Shown here: piece after piece, positions 9,427 to 20,271 of the stretch
How the letters are laid out: every line of letters starts with the position of its first letter
How positions within the stretch are numbered: the first letter of the stretch is position 1
NCBI GenBank assembly: GCA_016290175.1
Contig: JAEETD010000001.1
Coordinates: 14,358 to 78,357, forward strand
Length of the DNA: 64,000 bases
DNA from: Prevotella sp.
Lineage (GTDB): Bacteria > Bacteroidota > Bacteroidia > Bacteroidales > Bacteroidaceae
Reading direction: 5' to 3'
The notes under the pieces: model-generated
What the model saw: only the letters and a program-made list of their open reading frames with translations
Told to the model about the DNA's origin: nothing
Databases searched by the model: none
Program-made: the position numbers and the translations under genes

Positions 9427-10767
9427 TTACTTAATCGTCTCTTTCTCTATGAATTCATCAAACTGCGCCTGATAGCCATTGAACACGTTGATGTCCACCT
9501 CGCCTGTGATACCCTTCACACGACCGTCTGGTGACAGCTGCCACACTACCAGCTTCACGTCTGGCTTGTATTCACCGTAGCGGGCAATCCACACTTTGTA
9601 GTCGCGCTTGATGTCGGGTGCTTCGGGCAGCCATTTGTTCACGAACCGTTGGTTGATATAGAGGATGGGCTTCACACCGCAGAATTTCTCAACAGCCTGC
9701 AACCAGGCCCGGATGTTACGGAAGAGGGCATGTGCGCCACCCATCTTCGCGATGTCACCATCCGATGGTTCAATGTCGAGCACTGGTGGCAGGTCGCCCT
9801 TGCGGAACAAGGTGCTGGCGATGAAATATTGGGCTTGCGCCGAACCGCTAGTACGTGTCGAGAAGAAATGATAGGCACCAGCCTGTATACCGTGTTTTCG
9901 GGCAGCGGCATAGTCGGTGGCATAGTATTTGTTGCGGATGCTGACACCTTCCGTCGATTTGATATAGCAAAACGATACGGGATAGTCCACCGTGCCCGAG
10001 ATCTTCTTCTGGCTTTTTGAACCGAGGTGACTGATGCGCAGCTGTGCCCAGCGGATAGGGTACTTTTTGCGGCCTTTCTCATGCTGGTAACGAGAGATGT
10101 CGATACCGTAAATACGCTCCGAGGTGTAGTTCATGCGCTCGCCCTTGAACACATCCTGTTGCCAGAGTCCTGTCTTCAGCACCGTAAGCACCTCGTTCTC
10201 CAACAACTGCAGCCCGAAGCCTTCCCGCTGGTCCTGACTCCAGTGACCTTCGAAGTAGTGGCCTGTGGCTGAGATATACGAGCCGTGACCTTCAGCCAAA
10301 CCGTCTACGAAACTACCCTCATAGATACCTGCTGAATCAATGCGCAGGCCGCTCCGCAGGGTGTCAGCACTCCAATTACCAATGGTGATGCGTCCGAGGC
10401 TGTCGCGGCTGATGGCAGTGCCCTCACGTTTCTTGCCCTTCCAACGTCCTACATTATAGACGCTGAGTGTGTCGATCGTCTCCAGATGGCGTTTGCCAGC
10501 AGCAAAGGCAGCCACCATCTCGTAGCCCTCGTCCTCCACGTTGTGGCGGTCCAGGTAGTAGTCCATCTCAATCTTACGGTCTTTCTCTATCTGCTGACGC
10601 AGGGAGTCAAGGCTGGGAGAAGATGCAATGATGGGTATGGGATAATCAGAAAACTCCGAGAAATCAGAATGCTCTGAGTAATCAGAATTCCTCAACCACT
10701 GCCCGAGAGCGAAACCCACGGCTCCCAGGAGGACAATAATAAGGCTATATCGTAATGCTCTCTTCAT
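9427..10767 (-). CDS. GH25 lysozyme/muramidase with N-terminal membrane anchor and MORN-like repeats
   Basis: GIDISRYQ, IKSTEG, GAYHFF, PPVLDIE, WQ...VDINVF; MORN-like YEGSFVDGLAEGHG and FEGHWSQDQREGFG. Confidence 0.88.
   Translation of the reverse strand: MKRALRYSLIIVLLGAVGFALGQWLRNSDYSEHSDFSEFSDYPIPIIASSPSLDSLRQQIEKDRKIEMDYYLDRHNVEDEGYEMVAAFAAGKRHLETIDTLSVYNVGRWKGKKREGTAISRDSLGRITIGNWSADTLRSGLRIDSAGIYEGSFVDGLAEGHGSYISATGHYFEGHWSQDQREGFGLQLLENEVLTVLKTGLWQQDVFKGERMNYTSERIYGIDISRYQHEKGRKKYPIRWAQLRISHLGSKSQKKISGTVDYPVSFCYIKSTEGVSIRNKYYATDYAAARKHGIQAGAYHFFSTRTSGSAQAQYFIASTLFRKGDLPPVLDIEPSDGDIAKMGGAHALFRNIRAWLQAVEKFCGVKPILYINQRFVNKWLPEAPDIKRDYKVWIARYGEYKPDVKLVVWQLSPDGRVKGITGEVDINVFNGYQAQFDEFIEKETIK
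10643..10690. repeat. In-frame 9-bp-period repeat (TCNGA core)
   Basis: TCNGA at 10646, 10655, 10664, 10673, 10682; encodes SDYSEHSDFSEFSDY. Confidence 0.85.
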
Positions 10768-10772
10768 TTTTA

Positions 10773-10794
10773 ATCCCCGCCGAAGCGGGGATTT
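10773..10794 (-). terminator. Hairpin after the DUF4301 gene (terminator or processing stem)
   Basis: aatccccgc-cgaa-gcggggatt. Confidence 0.55.
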
Positions 10795-10800
10795 CTTGTC

Positions 10801-12306
10801 TTATTGATGTTGGTCGCGAAGGAGATCGTTGACCGTCTTGACGGGGTTGAAAGTACCGAGGGGAACCTCCACAAAGACAGTGCTCCAGTCACTCATAGCA
10901 CCATTCCATAGTCCTGGTAACTCTAAGGCTCTCAGCTCTTTACCTGATTTTGATTTAGAAGAGATGAAACCTGTGGTCTTGTCGACGAACTCTGGCAGAT
11001 TGAAGGGACGGCCCTTGTAATCCTTGACGGCGCAGACGAGGTCGACGGGGTTGAAATGCGTGCCCTGGGTGAACATCTTCATATAGGCCTCGTTGTTGGT
11101 GTCGATCTGACTGCTCTCGAGGATCTGGAGCGATACGGTACCGTCCTGATTGTAGGTAAGGAACGGTCCGCCGCCAGGTTCGCCTACATTCTTCACGACG
11201 CCACATACGCGCATTGGGCGGTTGAGTTTCTTGCGAAGGTAATCGGCGTCAACCTTGTTGTCCTTGGCATCGGTGCAGAGGTTCTCTGACACGAACTTGG
11301 CAATCTCAGCCAGCTGTGCCTCAGTAGCACCTGCATCGAGCATACGCAGGTATTCGAACGCCTGCTTCTGCAGGGTGACGAGTACGCCTGCGATGACCTG
11401 TTTCCACTCTACGGTCTCGGGCTTCAGGCGATCGGGCACAACATTGTCTATATTCTTGATGAAGATAACGTCGGCCTCGATCTCATTAAGATTCTCGATG
11501 AGTGCCCCGTGACCACCGGGACGGAAGAGGAGAGACCCGTCGTCGTTGCGGAACGGCGTGTTGTCGGGATTAGCAGCTACGGTATCGGTGCTGGGCTTTT
11601 GCTCGGAGAAGGTGATGTCGTACTTGATGCCGTACTTCTGGGCGAACATGTCGGCCTTTTCAGCCACCTTGGCCTTGAAGAATTCCATGTGCTCGTGAGA
11701 TACGGTGAAGTGAACGTGGGCCTCTCCGTTGGAAGCGGCATAGAGGGCTCCCTCCACAAGGTGTTCCTCCATCGGGGTGCGGGCACCCTCGGGATATTTG
11801 TGGAAGAGTAGCAGACCCTTTGGCAACTGACCGTAGTTCAGCCCCTCAGCCTTGAGCATATTCGCTGCGACAGCCTTGTAGTTACCATCGGCGATGAGAG
11901 CCTTGATGCCTTTGCCCTCGTTCTTATGACATACGGCATCAAGGGCATCGTAGAAGGCGAACTTCTCGATGGAGTCGAAGTATTTCTTCTCAAAGTCGGT
12001 GGTGGGTACGTCATAGTCGGCATCGACGAAGGCAAACATATTCTTGAACATGCGGCTGGCAGCACCTGAGGCGGGCACGAACTTCACCACGCGTTTGCCT
12101 GCAGCCTTGTAGGCCTTCCAAGCCTCTTCAAACTGTTGGCGAGCCTGGGTGTCAGGGGCGATGATGCCTCGTGAGATACTGGCAGCTGCCTCCAACTTCA
12201 GGAAGGGGAAACCGGTTTTAAACTCATTCAACTGATTCTCGATTTGCTCTTGGGTGATACCCTTCTGAGCGATTTGTTTCAAGTCTTTTTCTGACAACAT
12301 GATCAT
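10801..12306 (-). CDS. DUF4301-family protein (nucleotidyltransferase-like)
   Basis: KFVPASGAASRMFK, FRPGGHGALIENLN, GEPGGGPF, THFNPVDLVC, LELPGLWNGAM, TFNPVKTVNDLL. Confidence 0.85.
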   Translation of the reverse strand: MIMLSEKDLKQIAQKGITQEQIENQLNEFKTGFPFLKLEAAASISRGIIAPDTQARQQFEEAWKAYKAAGKRVVKFVPASGAASRMFKNMFAFVDADYDVPTTDFEKKYFDSIEKFAFYDALDAVCHKNEGKGIKALIADGNYKAVAANMLKAEGLNYGQLPKGLLLFHKYPEGARTPMEEHLVEGALYAASNGEAHVHFTVSHEHMEFFKAKVAEKADMFAQKYGIKYDITFSEQKPSTDTVAANPDNTPFRNDDGSLLFRPGGHGALIENLNEIEADVIFIKNIDNVVPDRLKPETVEWKQVIAGVLVTLQKQAFEYLRMLDAGATEAQLAEIAKFVSENLCTDAKDNKVDADYLRKKLNRPMRVCGVVKNVGEPGGGPFLTYNQDGTVSLQILESSQIDTNNEAYMKMFTQGTHFNPVDLVCAVKDYKGRPFNLPEFVDKTTGFISSKSKSGKELRALELPGLWNGAMSDWSTVFVEVPLGTFNPVKTVNDLLRDQHQ

Positions 12307-12463
12307 AGGTGTTTAGTAAATTAAATATGCTGCAAAGGTAACGAAAAAAAATGAATAGTTAATATTGAATAGTAAAAAAATTGCGCTTGCTGTACATTTT
12401 TTCTTAATTCTTAACTCTTAATTCTTAACTTTTCACTATCTTTGTAGCGAAATTTTGGAAAAG

Positions 12464-14569
12464 ATGGTGGATAAATTCACTTTTACATACGAAGAAAAGA
12501 AAAAATTGGCTGCTCAGACAGCTGAAATCCTGACTGAGGAAATCGGTCTGAAAGGCGACGCGATACAGGCGGTTCATCTCATCCCTGAGATCGAGGAAGG
12601 AAAACTCTCGATGGCGGATGTCGAAACGCAGTACGGGTCGTCGGTGGCACGTATCCTCGAAGGTCTCGACCGTATTCATCAGCTCTATCAGAAGAACCCT
12701 GTGGTGGAGAGCGAGAACTTCCGCAACCTGCTCCTCTCGTTTGCAGAGGATATGCGTGTAATCCTGATTATGATAGCTGATCGTGTGAACCTGATGCGTA
12801 CTTTGCTCAAGTCGAATAAGACGGGTGATCCTCAGGGCATATTCATTGGTGGAAAGGCATTCATGGAAGCTGTGAGTCTGGAGGCTGCCTATCTCTATGC
12901 CCCGTTGGCTCATAAACTGGGTCTCTACAAGTTGAAGAGCGAGTTGGAGGATCTGTCGCTGAAGTATCTGGAGCATGACGCCTACTATCATATCCGTGAG
13001 AAGCTGAACGAGACTAAGTCGTCGCGTGATGCCTATATCGAGCGTTTCATCAAACCTATCGAAGAGAAGGTGAAGTCAGCGGGTATCAACTGCCACATCA
13101 AGGGGCGCACGAAGTCCATCCACTCCATCTGGCAGAAGATGAAGAAACAGAAGTGTCCGTTTGAGGGCGTCTACGACCTGTTCGCCATCCGCATCATCAT
13201 CGATTGTCCTGAAGAATTGGAGAAAATGCAGTGCTGGCAGGCTTATTCGATAGTGACGGATATGTACCAGCCGAACCCTAAGCGGTTACGCGACTGGCTC
13301 AGTGTACCTAAGTCGAACGGCTATGAGAGTCTGCATATCACCGTGCTCGGCCCCGAGCAGAAATGGGTAGAGGTGCAGATCCGTACGGAGCGCATGGACG
13401 AGATTGCTGAGCGGGGTGTGGCTGCCCATTGGCGCTATAAGGGTGTGAAGGGCGAGTCAGGACTCGACGAGTGGCTTACGCATATTCGTTCGATGCTCGA
13501 GCATTCCGATGGCCTCGAGGCAATGGACCAGTTCAAGATGGACCTTTACGAAGACGAGGTGTTCGTTTTCACGCCCCGAGGTGATTTGTTGAAATTCCCT
13601 GTGGGAGCGACGGTGCTCGACTTTGCCTATCATATTCACTCGAAGGTGGGGAATCAGTGTACTGGTGGGCGCGTCAACGGACGTGTGGTGCCCATCCGCT
13701 ATCAGCTGAAGAGCGGCGATCAGGTGGAGGTGCTTACGTCGACCAATCAGAAGCCCCGTCAGGAATGGCTGAACATCGTGAAGACCTCGCGTGCCAAGTC
13801 GAAGATCCGTCTGGCGCTGAAGGAAACCCAGGTGAAGGACGGCCTCTTTGCCAAGGAGATGCTCGAGCGGAAGTTCAAGAACCGCAAGATAGAGATGGAG
13901 GACTCCATCATGTTCCATGTGGTGAAGAAGATGGGCTTCAAGGAGGTGAGCGACTTCTACAAGCAGATAGCCGATGGTATCCTCGATACGAACGAAGTGA
14001 TTGAGAAATACCTCGAACTGAAGGAGGGCGAGAAGGTCATCACGGGCGACAATGTGGCCCGCAGTGCCAGTGAGTTCGAGCTCGACGAGTCGAAGGTTGC
14101 TGGCCTGAATATGCCTGTAAACGATGATGTGCTCATCATCGACCGTAACCTGAAGGGTATCGACTATCAGCTGGCCCGCTGCTGTTCGCCCATCTATGGT
14201 GATTCAGTCTTCGGTTTCGTCACCATCAATGGTGGTATCAAGATCCACCGTACCGACTGCCCCAACGCCCCCGAGCTACGTCGTCGCTATGGCTACCGCA
14301 TCGTCAAGGCAAAGTGGAGTGGGAAGGGCTCATCGCAATACAGCATCACCTTGCGAGTCATCGGCAATGATGACATAGGCATCGTGAACAATCTCACGAG
14401 CATTATCTCCAAGGATGAGAAGCTCGTGCTGCGCTCTATCAACATCGACTCTCACGACGGTCTGTTCAGTGGCAATCTTGAGGTGATGCTCGACGATACC
14501 TCGCGCCTTGAGACCCTGATCAAGAAGTTGCGGGTGGTGAAGGGCGTGAAACAAGTAGAGAGAATATAA
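12464..14569 (+). CDS. relA: RelA/SpoT (p)ppGpp synthetase, long RSH with TGS and ACT domains
   Basis: YAPLAHKLG, DLFAIRI, NGYESLH, EVQIRT, AAHWRYK, TGS (DFAYHIHSKVG), C-terminal ACT. Confidence 0.93.
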   Translation: MVDKFTFTYEEKKKLAAQTAEILTEEIGLKGDAIQAVHLIPEIEEGKLSMADVETQYGSSVARILEGLDRIHQLYQKNPVVESENFRNLLLSFAEDMRVILIMIADRVNLMRTLLKSNKTGDPQGIFIGGKAFMEAVSLEAAYLYAPLAHKLGLYKLKSELEDLSLKYLEHDAYYHIREKLNETKSSRDAYIERFIKPIEEKVKSAGINCHIKGRTKSIHSIWQKMKKQKCPFEGVYDLFAIRIIIDCPEELEKMQCWQAYSIVTDMYQPNPKRLRDWLSVPKSNGYESLHITVLGPEQKWVEVQIRTERMDEIAERGVAAHWRYKGVKGESGLDEWLTHIRSMLEHSDGLEAMDQFKMDLYEDEVFVFTPRGDLLKFPVGATVLDFAYHIHSKVGNQCTGGRVNGRVVPIRYQLKSGDQVEVLTSTNQKPRQEWLNIVKTSRAKSKIRLALKETQVKDGLFAKEMLERKFKNRKIEMEDSIMFHVVKKMGFKEVSDFYKQIADGILDTNEVIEKYLELKEGEKVITGDNVARSASEFELDESKVAGLNMPVNDDVLIIDRNLKGIDYQLARCCSPIYGDSVFGFVTINGGIKIHRTDCPNAPELRRRYGYRIVKAKWSGKGSSQYSITLRVIGNDDIGIVNNLTSIISKDEKLVLRSINIDSHDGLFSGNLEVMLDDTSRLETLIKKLRVVKGVKQVERI

Positions 14570-14584
14570 TACCAACAATATGAT

Positions 14585-14854
14585 ATGAAGAAAATCAATT
14601 TATTGGCCATAGCAATGGTATTGCTGACAACGACGGGCTGTCTTAACAAGGGGCCTGTCTACCGTCCTGTGGAATTTGTGGCGGATTCGCTCGTACATGA
14701 TGATGTCCCCAAGGCTGCGGAAGAGACGCAAGAAATGCTCGATCAGCTTGAGGATGAGCCGATTATCACCGTACCTGACATTCCGCAGGAGTCGGATCTC
14801 ATGAATGAAAAGAGCAGGATTGATGTAGATAAAGTCATGCGGGAGGGATTCTGA
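14585..14854 (+). CDS. Small hypothetical lipoprotein
   Basis: MKK + hydrophobic stretch + TTGC lipobox; operonic spacing. Confidence 0.7.
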   Translation: MKKINLLAIAMVLLTTTGCLNKGPVYRPVEFVADSLVHDDVPKAAEETQEMLDQLEDEPIITVPDIPQESDLMNEKSRIDVDKVMREGF

Positions 14855-15561
14855 TGAAGATAGGAGATAAAGTGAGATTTCTGAGTGAGGTCGGTGGCGG
14901 ACGTGTTTCCGGCTTCCAGGGAAAGGATATCGTGCTCGTCGAGGATGAGGACGGCTTCGATGTGCCCATGCGCATCACTGAGGTGGTGGTCATTGGCGAA
15001 GAGGATTACGACACCCGCCATGTGGTCGAGGTGAAACAGCGTCAGAAGGCTCAGACTGCTGCGCCACAGAAGATGGAGGAAGAAGAACTGGAGCCTGCTG
15101 ACAGGCCCATCACCTTCCGTCCGAAGCCTGAGGAGCGTAAGGGTGGCGATAAGCTTAGTGCCTATCTGGCCTTCGTGCCCTTGAATGTGAAGGAACTGAT
15201 GCAGACACGCTTCGAGTCGTATCTGGTCAACGACAGCAACTATTACCTGCGCTACGCGCTGCTCTCAGCAGAGGGTACAGCCTATTGCGTGCGTGCTACT
15301 GGTGAGGTGGAACCCAATACGAAAGCTTTCATCGAGGAGTTCGGACGTGAGGATCTCCAGGGTCTGGAGCATATCTGCATACAGATGATTGCCTATAAGC
15401 GCGACAAGCATTTCCTGCTGAAACCGCCTGTGAATGTGCCGTTGCGCATTGATGGCGTGAAATTCTACAAACTCCATACTTTCGAGGAGAATGACTTCTT
15501 CGAGGAGCCCGCGCTGATTTATACCATTATTGAAAACGACGTTCAAAAAGTAAGGATATGA
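14854..15561 (+). CDS. DUF2027-domain protein
   Basis: MKIGDKVRFLSEVGGG..EDEDGF, YLVNDSNY, VKFYKLHTFEENDFF. Confidence 0.8.
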   Translation: MKIGDKVRFLSEVGGGRVSGFQGKDIVLVEDEDGFDVPMRITEVVVIGEEDYDTRHVVEVKQRQKAQTAAPQKMEEEELEPADRPITFRPKPEERKGGDKLSAYLAFVPLNVKELMQTRFESYLVNDSNYYLRYALLSAEGTAYCVRATGEVEPNTKAFIEEFGREDLQGLEHICIQMIAYKRDKHFLLKPPVNVPLRIDGVKFYKLHTFEENDFFEEPALIYTIIENDVQKVRI

Positions 15562-17468
15562 AATACGGATTTATTAAAGTGGCTGCTGGTGTGCCAGCCG
15601 TGAAGGTGGCCGATGTCGAGTACAATGTGCAGCAGATAGAGAGTCTGATAGCCCAGGCTGAGGGCAAGGGAGTGGAGATGATCGTGTTTCCGGAACTCTG
15701 CATCACGGGCTATTCCTGTCAGGATCTGTTCCGCGAGCAGCTGTTGCTCGATAAGGCGGAAGAGGGCCTGATGCTTTTGCTCGACTTTACCCGCAAGCTC
15801 AATATCATCTCGGTCGTGGGACTGCCAGTTGTGGTCAATGGTCTGCTTTACAACTGTGCAGCTGTCATCCAGCGAGGTGCCATCCTCGGTATTGTGTCCA
15901 AGACCTATCTGCCTAACTATGGCGAATTCTACGAGAAGCGTTGGTTTGCCTCCGCCCAGGACCTTTCGCCAACAGATATCTATATCGCAGGCAGTCCTAT
16001 GAGCATCAGTGCTGAGCCTGTTATCTTCACCACATGCGATGGTGTCAATTTCGGCATTGAGATCTGTGAGGATGTCTGGGCACCCATTCCGCCCAGCAAT
16101 AACCTCGCCCTTGCTGGGGCCGATATCATTCTGAACCTCTCTGCCAGCGATGATCTGCTAGGCAAGCATCAGTACCTGCGTTCGCTGGTGGCCCAGCAGA
16201 GTGCCCGTACCATCAGTGCCTATGTCTATGCCAGCTGTGGATTCGGAGAATCGACGCAGGATGTCGTCTATGGCGGTGCTGCAATGGTCTTCGAGAACGG
16301 CAAGCAGTTGGCTGAGGGCGACCGTTTCTCCTTCCAGCCACAGATTCAGATTGCCCAGGTGGATGTGGAGCGTCTGCGAACGGAGCGTCGTCATAACACC
16401 ACGTTTATCAACGCCCAGCGTCAGGCAACTGCCCGTCGGGTTATCGCCAAGTCGGTAGAGCCTCGTGACTTCGAACTCATCCGTGACGTCGACCCGCATC
16501 CTTTCATTCCGAAGGAGGCTGATATGCAGACCACCTGCGAGGAGATCCTGAACATCCAGGTGGCTGGTCTGTCCAAGCGTCTGTATCATATCAATGCCCA
16601 GAAGGCGGTGATAGGTATCAGCGGTGGACTCGACTCCACACTGGCGTTGCTGGTGACGGTGAAGGCGTTCGACAAGCTGGGCCTTGACCGTAAGGGTATC
16701 ATCGGTATCACGATGCCTGGTTTCGGTACTACCGACCGTACCTATAACAATGCGATGACGCTGATGAAGACCTTGGGTGTCACCATCCGCGAGATCAGCA
16801 TCGCCAAGGCGGTGACGCAGCATTTCGAGGATATCGGACATGATATGAAGGTGCATGATATCACCTATGAGAACAGTCAGGCCCGTGAGCGTACGCAGAT
16901 CCTGATGGATGTGGCCAATCAGGTGAACGGTCTTGTGGTGGGTACTGGCGACCTCTCTGAACTGGCGCTGGGATGGGCCACGTATAATGGTGACCACATG
17001 TCGATGTATGGTGTGAATGCGGGTGTTCCCAAGACGCTCATTCGCTATCTGGTGACTTTTGTAGCAGGAGAGATGGCTACAGAAACCTTGCTGGATATCG
17101 TAGATACACCGATTTCCCCTGAGCTGATTCCTGCGGATAAGAACGGCAAGATCAAGCAGAAGACGGAAGACCTGGTGGGTCCTTACGAGCTCCACGATTT
17201 CTTCATCTATTATTTCATGCGCTTCGGTTTCAGTCCGCAGAAGATCTTTGTGCTGGCACAGAAGGCCTTTGCTAAGACCTACGACGACGATACCATCAAG
17301 AAGTGGCTCATTACGTTCTGTCGTCGGTTCTTCACCCAGCAGTTCAAGCGTTCTTGTCTGCCTGATGGTCCGAAGGTGGGTACCGTAAGTCTCTCTCCGC
17401 GTGGCGACTGGCGCATGCCAAGTGATGCCTCCTATACCCTCTGGCTTAAAGAGTGCGAGAATTTATAA
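15558..17468 (+). CDS. nadE: Glutamine-dependent NAD+ synthetase
   Basis: Nitrilase domain (FPELCITGY, EICEDVW) plus GISGGLDST, ENSQARER, GTGDLSE, QFKRSCLPDGPKVG. Confidence 0.97.
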   Translation: MKYGFIKVAAGVPAVKVADVEYNVQQIESLIAQAEGKGVEMIVFPELCITGYSCQDLFREQLLLDKAEEGLMLLLDFTRKLNIISVVGLPVVVNGLLYNCAAVIQRGAILGIVSKTYLPNYGEFYEKRWFASAQDLSPTDIYIAGSPMSISAEPVIFTTCDGVNFGIEICEDVWAPIPPSNNLALAGADIILNLSASDDLLGKHQYLRSLVAQQSARTISAYVYASCGFGESTQDVVYGGAAMVFENGKQLAEGDRFSFQPQIQIAQVDVERLRTERRHNTTFINAQRQATARRVIAKSVEPRDFELIRDVDPHPFIPKEADMQTTCEEILNIQVAGLSKRLYHINAQKAVIGISGGLDSTLALLVTVKAFDKLGLDRKGIIGITMPGFGTTDRTYNNAMTLMKTLGVTIREISIAKAVTQHFEDIGHDMKVHDITYENSQARERTQILMDVANQVNGLVVGTGDLSELALGWATYNGDHMSMYGVNAGVPKTLIRYLVTFVAGEMATETLLDIVDTPISPELIPADKNGKIKQKTEDLVGPYELHDFFIYYFMRFGFSPQKIFVLAQKAFAKTYDDDTIKKWLITFCRRFFTQQFKRSCLPDGPKVGTVSLSPRGDWRMPSDASYTLWLKECENL

Positions 17469-17504
17469 AATTACACAGTAGGAACCGACCCTACTGTGTA
17501 ATTT
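17468..17504. terminator. Bidirectional terminator between convergent nadE and clpC
   Basis: aaattacacagtagg-N7-cctactgtgtaattt perfect stem; a second 14-bp stem at about 17509-17541. Confidence 0.8.
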
Positions 17505-17517
17505 GTTAAAAAATGAG

Positions 17518-20058
17518 CTAGCTGAATGCTAGCTCATTTTTATTCTCATGCAGTGTGATGTGGATCGTGGAACCTAAGGGCAGGTCGCCATTCACGATCA
17601 GGTCGCTCACCCCGTCCTCGATATAGTTCTGGATGGCGCGCTTCAGCGGACGGGCACCGAACTGCACATCATAGCCCTTCAACGCCACAAACTCCTTGGC
17701 TTCTTCGGAGAGGTCGATCCTGTAGCCTATCTGGTCGATACGCTTGTAGAGGCCCCTCAGTTCGATGTCGATGATCTGCTTGATGGCATCCATATCCAGC
17801 TGGTCGAAGGTGATGATCTCGTCGAGACGGTTCAGGAACTCTGGCGAGAACTGCTTCGAGAGCGCCTTCTGCACGATGCTGCGCGCATGTTCCTTATCCT
17901 CTTCGTTGAGCATGAGTCCGTTGCTGCCAGCAGCACTGAAGCCCACACCGCGCCCGAAATCCTTCAGCTGACGCGTTCCTGCGTTCGAGGTCATGATGAT
18001 CACCGTATTGCGGAAGTCTACCAGACGGCCGTTGCCATCTGTCAGACGACCCTCGTCGAGCACCTGCAGCAGCAGGTTGTAGACATTGGCGTGGGCCTTC
18101 TCAATCTCGTCGAGCAGCACGATGGAGTAGGGGTGACGACGCACGCGCTCCGTCAGCTGTCCGCCTTCCTCATATCCCACATAGCCCGGAGGGGCACCGA
18201 TGAGTCGTGAGGTATTGAAACTCTCCGTATATTCGCTCATGTCGATGCGGATAAGGGCATCGCTGCTACCGAACATGAATTCAGCCAGCTTCTTGGCCAG
18301 ATAGGTCTTTCCCACACCCGTAGGTCCGAGGAACATGAACACCCCGATGGGATGGTTGGGCTCCCTCAGCCCCACGCGGTTGCGCTGGATGGCCTTCACC
18401 ATCTTGTCAATGGCCTTGTCCTGTCCGATCACAGTCCCTTTCAGCTCCTGCAACATACCTTTCAGGCGGATACCCTCCTGTTCAGCCATACGCTGCACGG
18501 GCACACCCGTCATGATCGACACCACATCGGCCACCTGTTCAGCATCCACCACCTGACGCTCCTCGCCTTCACCCTTGCTCCAACGCTCGTTCATCTCCTT
18601 GAGCTCAGCCTCCAGAACGGTCTGACGGTCACGGTAGCCCGCAGCCAGTTCGAAGTTCTGGTTCTTCACTGCCTGGTTCTTGCGCTCTTTCAGGCGGGCA
18701 ATCTCCTGTTCCTTCTCAAGGATCTCTGGCGGGATCTGTGCATTAGAAAGATGTACGCGCGAGCCCGTCTCGTCCAGAGCGTCGATAGCCTTATCAGGCA
18801 TGAAGCGGTCTGTCACATAACGGTCTGTCAAATTGACACACGCCACCAGTGCCTCGTCGGTATAGCTCACGTGGTGGTGATGCTCGTAGCGGTCCTTGAT
18901 ATTTCTGAGTATCTGCAGGGTCTCCTCGCGTGAGGTCGGCTCTACGATCACCTTCTGGAAACGGCGCTCCAAGGCTCCGTCCTTCTCAATCGAGTTGCGG
19001 TATTCGTCGAGCGTCGTGGCACCGATACACTGGATGGTGCCTCTGGCCAGTGCGGGTTTCAGGATATTGGCGGCATCCATCGAGCCCGGTGTCGAACCGG
19101 CTCCGATCAGTGTGTGAATCTCGTCGATGAACACGATCACCTCGGGATTCGCCTCTATCTCTTTCATCAGCGCCTTCAGTCGCTCCTCAAACTGTCCGCG
19201 ATACTTCGTTCCTGCCACCACGCCCGTCATGTCGAGGGTGTAGATACGCTTACCGAAGAGCATCGGACTGGTATGATGGGCGGCTATCTGCTGGGCAAGG
19301 CCTTCTACGATGGCGCTCTTGCCCACACCTGGCTCACCTATTAATATAGGATTATTCTTTTTGCGTCGACCGAGGATCTCGATCACACGTTGTATCTCTT
19401 TCTCACGGCCTACGCAGGGGTCGAGCTTGCCCTCAGTGGCAGCTGTCGTCAGGTCGATGCCGAAGGTGTCGAGCACGGGTGTCTTCGACTCGGTCTTCTT
19501 CTGTGTGGTGGCAGTGGTGCCCGACTTCGCAGATGCTCCTGACTTCCCTGAAGCATTCGTCTCCTCGTATTCCTCCTCCTCTTCGTCGGGGAGGCCGATG
19601 CCGTTCTTGATCTCTGTATTTTGCGGGGCGAAGAACATCGCCATCGCATCTTCGTAATTCATATTGTTCAATTCTAAAATTTGTTTGGCACTGTTGTTGG
19701 CTGCATCATGCAGGATGGCCAGCAGTAGGTGCTGTTCGTCAACTTTCGTCGTCCGCTGGATACGGGCCTCGAGCACCGCCAGCTTCAGGATGTTGCTCGC
19801 CTTCTCGTTGAGCACAAGCTCATTGGTATAGATGGGCTGTCGTATCTCGTCCTCTCTGACGCGGTTCTCAAGCTCCGTCTTGATGGAGGGCAGGTTCAGG
19901 TTCAGGCGGTGGAACACGTCGATCACCGGACCGTCCTTCATTCTGAGAATGCCCAGCAGCAGATGCTCCGGACCCACCGAACGACTGGCCAATCTGGCAG
20001 CTTCCTCACGCGAATAGGCGAGGATTTCGGATACCTTTGGTGTAAACTGACTTGTCAT
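17518..20058 (-). CDS. clpC: ATP-dependent Clp protease ATP-binding subunit
   Basis: Clp-N repeats; two AAA+ modules ([16 protein letters not shown]); UVR motif ([11 protein letters not shown]); GAPPGYVGY. Confidence 0.95.
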   Translation of the reverse strand: MTSQFTPKVSEILAYSREEAARLASRSVGPEHLLLGILRMKDGPVIDVFHRLNLNLPSIKTELENRVREDEIRQPIYTNELVLNEKASNILKLAVLEARIQRTTKVDEQHLLLAILHDAANNSAKQILELNNMNYEDAMAMFFAPQNTEIKNGIGLPDEEEEEYEETNASGKSGASAKSGTTATTQKKTESKTPVLDTFGIDLTTAATEGKLDPCVGREKEIQRVIEILGRRKKNNPILIGEPGVGKSAIVEGLAQQIAAHHTSPMLFGKRIYTLDMTGVVAGTKYRGQFEERLKALMKEIEANPEVIVFIDEIHTLIGAGSTPGSMDAANILKPALARGTIQCIGATTLDEYRNSIEKDGALERRFQKVIVEPTSREETLQILRNIKDRYEHHHHVSYTDEALVACVNLTDRYVTDRFMPDKAIDALDETGSRVHLSNAQIPPEILEKEQEIARLKERKNQAVKNQNFELAAGYRDRQTVLEAELKEMNERWSKGEGEERQVVDAEQVADVVSIMTGVPVQRMAEQEGIRLKGMLQELKGTVIGQDKAIDKMVKAIQRNRVGLREPNHPIGVFMFLGPTGVGKTYLAKKLAEFMFGSSDALIRIDMSEYTESFNTSRLIGAPPGYVGYEEGGQLTERVRRHPYSIVLLDEIEKAHANVYNLLLQVLDEGRLTDGNGRLVDFRNTVIIMTSNAGTRQLKDFGRGVGFSAAGSNGLMLNEEDKEHARSIVQKALSKQFSPEFLNRLDEIITFDQLDMDAIKQIIDIELRGLYKRIDQIGYRIDLSEEAKEFVALKGYDVQFGARPLKRAIQNYIEDGVSDLIVNGDLPLGSTIHITLHENKNELAFS

Positions 20059-20271
20059 ATTCTGTGCAAAGTTACAAATAATTCTGCAAACATCATGCCA
20101 AAAATCCTAAAAACTTTCCGCTAAATAAGCTTAAAAGGTTTGGTGGGATGCAAAAAATTGACTACCTTTGCACGGTTAAAAACGCGTCAGCGGGCTTAAA
20201 AATGCCCTTAAACGCAAAATCGATGAAAAAGTAAGAGAGTAAAAAGGTAAAAAAGTAAAAGATAAAAATCA

